This document shows, one piece after another, positions 51,897-55,379 of a stretch of 55,379 bases of DNA. Below the pieces are notes generated by a model. That model ran no database searches and was not told the origin of the DNA. It saw only the letters and a program-made list of their open reading frames with translations. Position 1 is the first letter of the stretch. The number at the start of each line of letters is the position of its first letter. The stretch is from an uncultured candidatus Brocadiaceae bacterium. Its GTDB lineage: Bacteria > Planctomycetota > UBA1135 > UBA2386. Location: assembly GCA_964469555.1 (NCBI GenBank), contig CAYYAQ010000004.1:28093-83471 (forward strand), read 5' to 3'. Both the position numbers and the translations under genes were made by a program.

Positions 51897-52250
51897 ACGT
51901 CGACGGCGTTCGACGCGTCGAAGTGGAATCGAAGCACGTCGGCGGCGTGGCAGATCCTCAACTCGGGTAGCGCACTCGTTGTTCCGATGGCCGCACACGT
52001 CGCGCCAAGGATCGCACAATGCAACAAGCCGGTCATACCTGCCTCCGGCCTGCCCACCGCGACCGTCGTCGATACGCCGCTGACCACCCTCGACTCCCTC
52101 GGTCGCGGCGACGCCACGTTCAAACTGACGACCTACTCGCCGGGACCGTCGGCGCTGGTCGGCCAACGGATGACCTTCGCAGCATGGGTCTACACCAGCG
52201 CCACGAACCTCACCGGAGGCGGCTCCGCCCCGCTGGACATCATCTTCCGC
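51897..52250 (+). pseudogene. Headless C-terminal remnant of a secreted protein
   Basis: TTLDSLGRGDATF...ALVGQRMTFAAWVY...SAPLDIIFR; no signal peptide or credible start; reads through into the next gene. Confidence 0.45.
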
Positions 52251-52301
52251 GAGCCCTCGGCATTGGGTGTTCCACCGGCACCGGATATGCTCCGCCGTCC
52301 C

Positions 52302-53039
52302 ATGTCCAAACGAACTCTGCTCGCGGTCGCCACCGCGCTCTCCGGTCTCTCTGTCCTTCTCGTCAGCACCCAGAACGCGGCGAAGTCCGAAGCTCCGCGC
52401 GCTTTCATCGACGGCACCGGCGAGGGCTGGCGCGACCTGACCGAAAAGGAATTCACGCACGTCAACTGCAAGAAAGACACGTTCACCTGGAAGAAAGGCG
52501 TCGTCTACTGCACGGGCAAGCCCACCGGTGTCGTGCGCACGAAGGAGCAGTTCACGAACTTCGAACTGAGCCTCGAGTGGCGCCACATGAAAGACGCCGG
52601 CAACTCGGGCGTCTTCGTGTGGGCGATCCCCGCGTCGATCAGGAAACTCGAAGGCGGCAAGGGCCGACTGCCGGAAGGCATCGAAGTGCAGGTCCTCGAC
52701 CTCGGCTACACCGCGAGATACGAGCGGGGCGGCAAGCGCAAGGCCGACTGGTTCACGTGTCACGGCGACGTGTTTCCCGTTGGCTCGGCGAAGATGAAGC
52801 CGTTCTCTCCGGTCGCGCCCAACAAGAAGCGCAGCTTCCCGACGAAGAACCTCAGCCGCGGCATCGGCGAGTGGAACCACTACTACATCCGCGCGATCAA
52901 CGGCGAAGTGCGGCTGTGGGTGAACGGCGAAGAAGTCTCCGGCGGCACGGACTGCAAGCCGGCGGTCGGCTACATCTGCCTCGAGTCGGAAGGCTCACCG
53001 GTCGAGTTCAAGAAGCTGCGGATCCGCGTGCTCCCCTAG
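52302..53039 (+). CDS. Secreted DUF1080 family protein
   Basis: Signal peptide MSKRTLLAVA; NFELSLEWRH, GNSGVFVW, GIEVQVLD, GEWNHY, GYICLESEG. Confidence 0.88.
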   Translation: MSKRTLLAVATALSGLSVLLVSTQNAAKSEAPRAFIDGTGEGWRDLTEKEFTHVNCKKDTFTWKKGVVYCTGKPTGVVRTKEQFTNFELSLEWRHMKDAGNSGVFVWAIPASIRKLEGGKGRLPEGIEVQVLDLGYTARYERGGKRKADWFTCHGDVFPVGSAKMKPFSPVAPNKKRSFPTKNLSRGIGEWNHYYIRAINGEVRLWVNGEEVSGGTDCKPAVGYICLESEGSPVEFKKLRIRVLP

Positions 53040-54163
53040 TCCCGCGCGAGGGCATCCGCGACAAGGTCGTGGAATGCTCGTCGGGCCGCGGAGATCTTCC
53101 GATTCGCGCGCGTCGGGTGCACACGGTTTGTCAGCAGGACCATGCAGAGCCCCGACTCCGGGTCACACCAGACGCTGGTCCCCGTGAATCCGGTGTGACC
53201 GAACGCGCCGGGCGAGAGACGCGAGCCTCCGGACTCGCCCTTCTTGAACGTGTCCCACAGCAACGCCCGCGTACTGCCGGTGACCATCCCATCGCGGCGG
53301 CAGAGCTTCGCAGCCAGGCTCGGCGGGAACAGTCCGCTGCCTCCGTCCAGGAAACACTGTCCGATCCGGGCGACGTCGGAGGCGGTTCCGAAAAGGCCCG
53401 CGTGACCCGACACGCCTCCCATCGCGAAGGCGTTCTCGTCGTGCACCTCGCCGCGCACGACGCGTCCGCGCCACGGGTCGTTCTCGGTGGGTGCGGCGTC
53501 GACAGGCACACCGGCTTCGCCGAAGCACGCGGTCACGCCCAACGTCGGGTAGATCTCTTCGGCCACGAACCGGTCGAGGGACTTGCCACTCGCGCGCTGC
53601 ACCACGGCCATCAGCAGGATCACGCCGAGGTCGCTGTAGACCTTCTTCTCGCCGGGCCGGTATCGAAGCTCGGTCTTCGCACACGCAGCGATGAAGTTGG
53701 CCTTGCCTTTCACTCCCTTGTGGAAGAACCGGATGTAGGCGGGCAACCCGGAGCTGTGCACCATCAAGTGGCGCAACGTCACCGCTTCCTTGCCCGCCCC
53801 GCGAAACTCCGGCACCCACTTGTCCAGACGATCCTCGAGCGAAATCGTGCCACGACCGAGCAAGACGGCCATCGCCGGCAGCGTCGCGCAGACCTTGGTC
53901 AGCGACGCGAGGTCGTAGACCGTGTCCTCGGTGATGGGCGCGCTACCCTTGGTGTAGGTCTGCCGACCGACGGCGACCTTCACCAGGACGCAACCCCGGT
54001 GCGCCACGAGGGCGACGGCGCCAGGAAACGCGCCGAGCTCGACTTGCTTCCGGAGGAGTTCGCGGACCTCCCGTGAGAGGATCTCATCGCGCGCGCACGT
54101 CCCACAACCACCGACGAGCAGCGGGGACAGCGTCAGCGCCGCGCCGGCCAGCCACCGACTCAT
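53036..54163 (-). CDS. Serine hydrolase, beta-lactamase class C-like (AmiE/NamA-like), lipoprotein
   Basis: LASLTK (SxxK), YSD, GEVHDENA, GHAGLF, FGHTGFTGTS, LTNRVHP. Confidence 0.88.
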   Translation of the reverse strand: MSRWLAGAALTLSPLLVGGCGTCARDEILSREVRELLRKQVELGAFPGAVALVAHRGCVLVKVAVGRQTYTKGSAPITEDTVYDLASLTKVCATLPAMAVLLGRGTISLEDRLDKWVPEFRGAGKEAVTLRHLMVHSSGLPAYIRFFHKGVKGKANFIAACAKTELRYRPGEKKVYSDLGVILLMAVVQRASGKSLDRFVAEEIYPTLGVTACFGEAGVPVDAAPTENDPWRGRVVRGEVHDENAFAMGGVSGHAGLFGTASDVARIGQCFLDGGSGLFPPSLAAKLCRRDGMVTGSTRALLWDTFKKGESGGSRLSPGAFGHTGFTGTSVWCDPESGLCMVLLTNRVHPTRANRKISAARRAFHDLVADALARD

Positions 54164-54924
54164 CGCGCGAACGCAGTCTCGAACTCGGGCCAGTCCAACC
54201 CTGCGGCGGCAGCGCTGTCGAGTAGCACGAGTGCATCCGAGTGACGGCGGATGATCGACGCCGGGCACGCCGAACAGACATCCCCTTCCATCATGTTGTG
54301 CACGGCGTTCGCCTTCCCCGCCCCCGTCGCGACCATGACGACGCGAGCTGCGGCGAGAATGCTCGCGGGGCCAGCGGTCACCGCGTCCGCCGGCACGGGA
54401 TCGGGAGCGAACCGCGACTTGAGCACGGCCACTGTCGAAGGCGCGAGCTTCGCGCGATGGAAGCCCTCGTCGAGCGACGTGCCAGGCTCGGAGAACGCGA
54501 CGTGACCGTTGCTGCCGATGCCGAGGAATTGCAACTGCACGCCACCCAGACTCTGTAGATGGGCTTCGTGCCCGCGCAGGTCCTTTTCCTCGCCACTCGA
54601 CGGAACGGGAAAGAACCGCCCCTCTTCGTACGCCTTGCGCAGTGGCGCGCAGGCGAGCAACTCGTTGGCGAAACCGGCGCGATCCTCAGGGCCGAGACCC
54701 AGGAACTCGTCGAGGTGGGTCGCCCGGAACGCGGAGAGGTCGATCCGATCGAGTCCGGCGTCATGCTCGATCTCGGCGAAGAAGGCCCGAAAGGTCTCAC
54801 CGGTCGCGAACGAGACCAGCGCGTCGGGACGGTCCTTGACCACCGCCGCGAGTTCGATCTGTGCGCGGATCGAAACCGCCCGGGCGGATTCGAGGACGAC
54901 CACACTAATGCCGGAGAACTCCAC
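54160..54924 (-). CDS. nagB: Glucosamine-6-phosphate deaminase
   Basis: FATGET, HLDEFLGL, LQFLGIGSNGHVAFSEPG, ATGAGKA, CPASI. Start codon uncertain. Confidence 0.85.
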   Translation of the reverse strand: MEFSGISVVVLESARAVSIRAQIELAAVVKDRPDALVSFATGETFRAFFAEIEHDAGLDRIDLSAFRATHLDEFLGLGPEDRAGFANELLACAPLRKAYEEGRFFPVPSSGEEKDLRGHEAHLQSLGGVQLQFLGIGSNGHVAFSEPGTSLDEGFHRAKLAPSTVAVLKSRFAPDPVPADAVTAGPASILAAARVVMVATGAGKANAVHNMMEGDVCSACPASIIRRHSDALVLLDSAAAAGLDWPEFETAFAR

Positions 54925-55018
54925 CTCCGCACAATAGGGCGTAAACGGGCAATGCGCCAACCGAATCACGCCGACCTCGCTTGTTGCGAAGTCGTGGCAA
55001 CTAGAACAGCGAAAGGAC

Positions 55019-55378
55019 TTACGCGAAAGGAGGTGCCTCCAGAGCGGCGCGCAGGGCGCCGCGGTGGGCCGCCAGTCGGCGCCGCGCATCGGCGGGCTCC
55101 ATCCGCAGCCGCGCGGCCACGACGGAGGTCTTCAACTCCCCGTCGCACCGGGCGAGCAGGCTCTCCGCCTCGGCGGCATCGAGGCTCGTCAGGCGCCGCA
55201 ACAGCCGCTGGGTCCGCGCAGTGAGTTTGCGGTTGCTCGCCCGCAGGTCGACCATCAGGTTGCCGTAGGTCTTGCCCAGCCGGACCATCACCCCGGTGCT
55301 GATCATGTTCAAGACCATCTTGGTGGCGGTCCCAGCCTTGAGCCGAGTGGACCCGGCGAGGATCTCCGGCCCGACGAT
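55019..55378 (-). CDS. murQ: N-acetylmuramic acid 6-phosphate etherase, C-terminal part; 5' end lies outside the window
   Basis: GPEILAGSTRLKAGTATKMVLNMISTGVMVRLGKTYGNLMVD...NRKL. Confidence 0.95.
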   Translation of the reverse strand: MVGPEILAGSTRLKAGTATKMVLNMISTGVMVRLGKTYGNLMVDLRASNRKLTARTQRLLRRLTSLDAAEAESLLARCDGELKTSVVAARLRMEPADARRRLAAHRGALRAALEAPPFA

Positions 55379-55379
55379 G

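Noticed and set aside
51777-53039. A single 420-aa ORF as given in the track
   Set aside because: It overlaps the SSS start on the opposite strand and has an internal signal peptide at 52302; it is better read as a remnant plus a DUF1080 gene.

Overview
GC-rich bacterial chromosomal segment. The gene content (three DUF1080 proteins, a VPS10/BNR+PDZ protein, a cupredoxin-PA14 protein paired with a PVC-type propeller, and secreted proteins with a shared C-terminal domain) suggests an uncultured Planctomycetota lineage; this is inference. Housekeeping genes are clpS, egtD, acnA, korAB, a LonC-type protease, a fabG-like SDR, nth, acs, pepA, a moaD-moaE fusion, and a murQ-nagB-serine hydrolase unit. 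They are interleaved with envelope and secreted-protein genes: two GT2 and two GT-C glycosyltransferases, Kelch, M48, MATE and SSS. I saw no rRNA, tRNA, CRISPR array, integrase or transposase. Main points of interest: (i) about five related C-terminal tails on secreted proteins or remnants, a candidate lineage-specific sorting domain; (ii) a stand-alone PLP decarboxylase / adenylate ligase / ACP cassette; (iii) many gene remnants, some with deletion joins where both reading frames share the same bases; (iv) a perfect 30-bp inverted repeat; (v) an orphan KaiC-like ATPase divergent from a degenerate histidine phosphatase. All family calls come from recognising motifs by eye, not from database searches.
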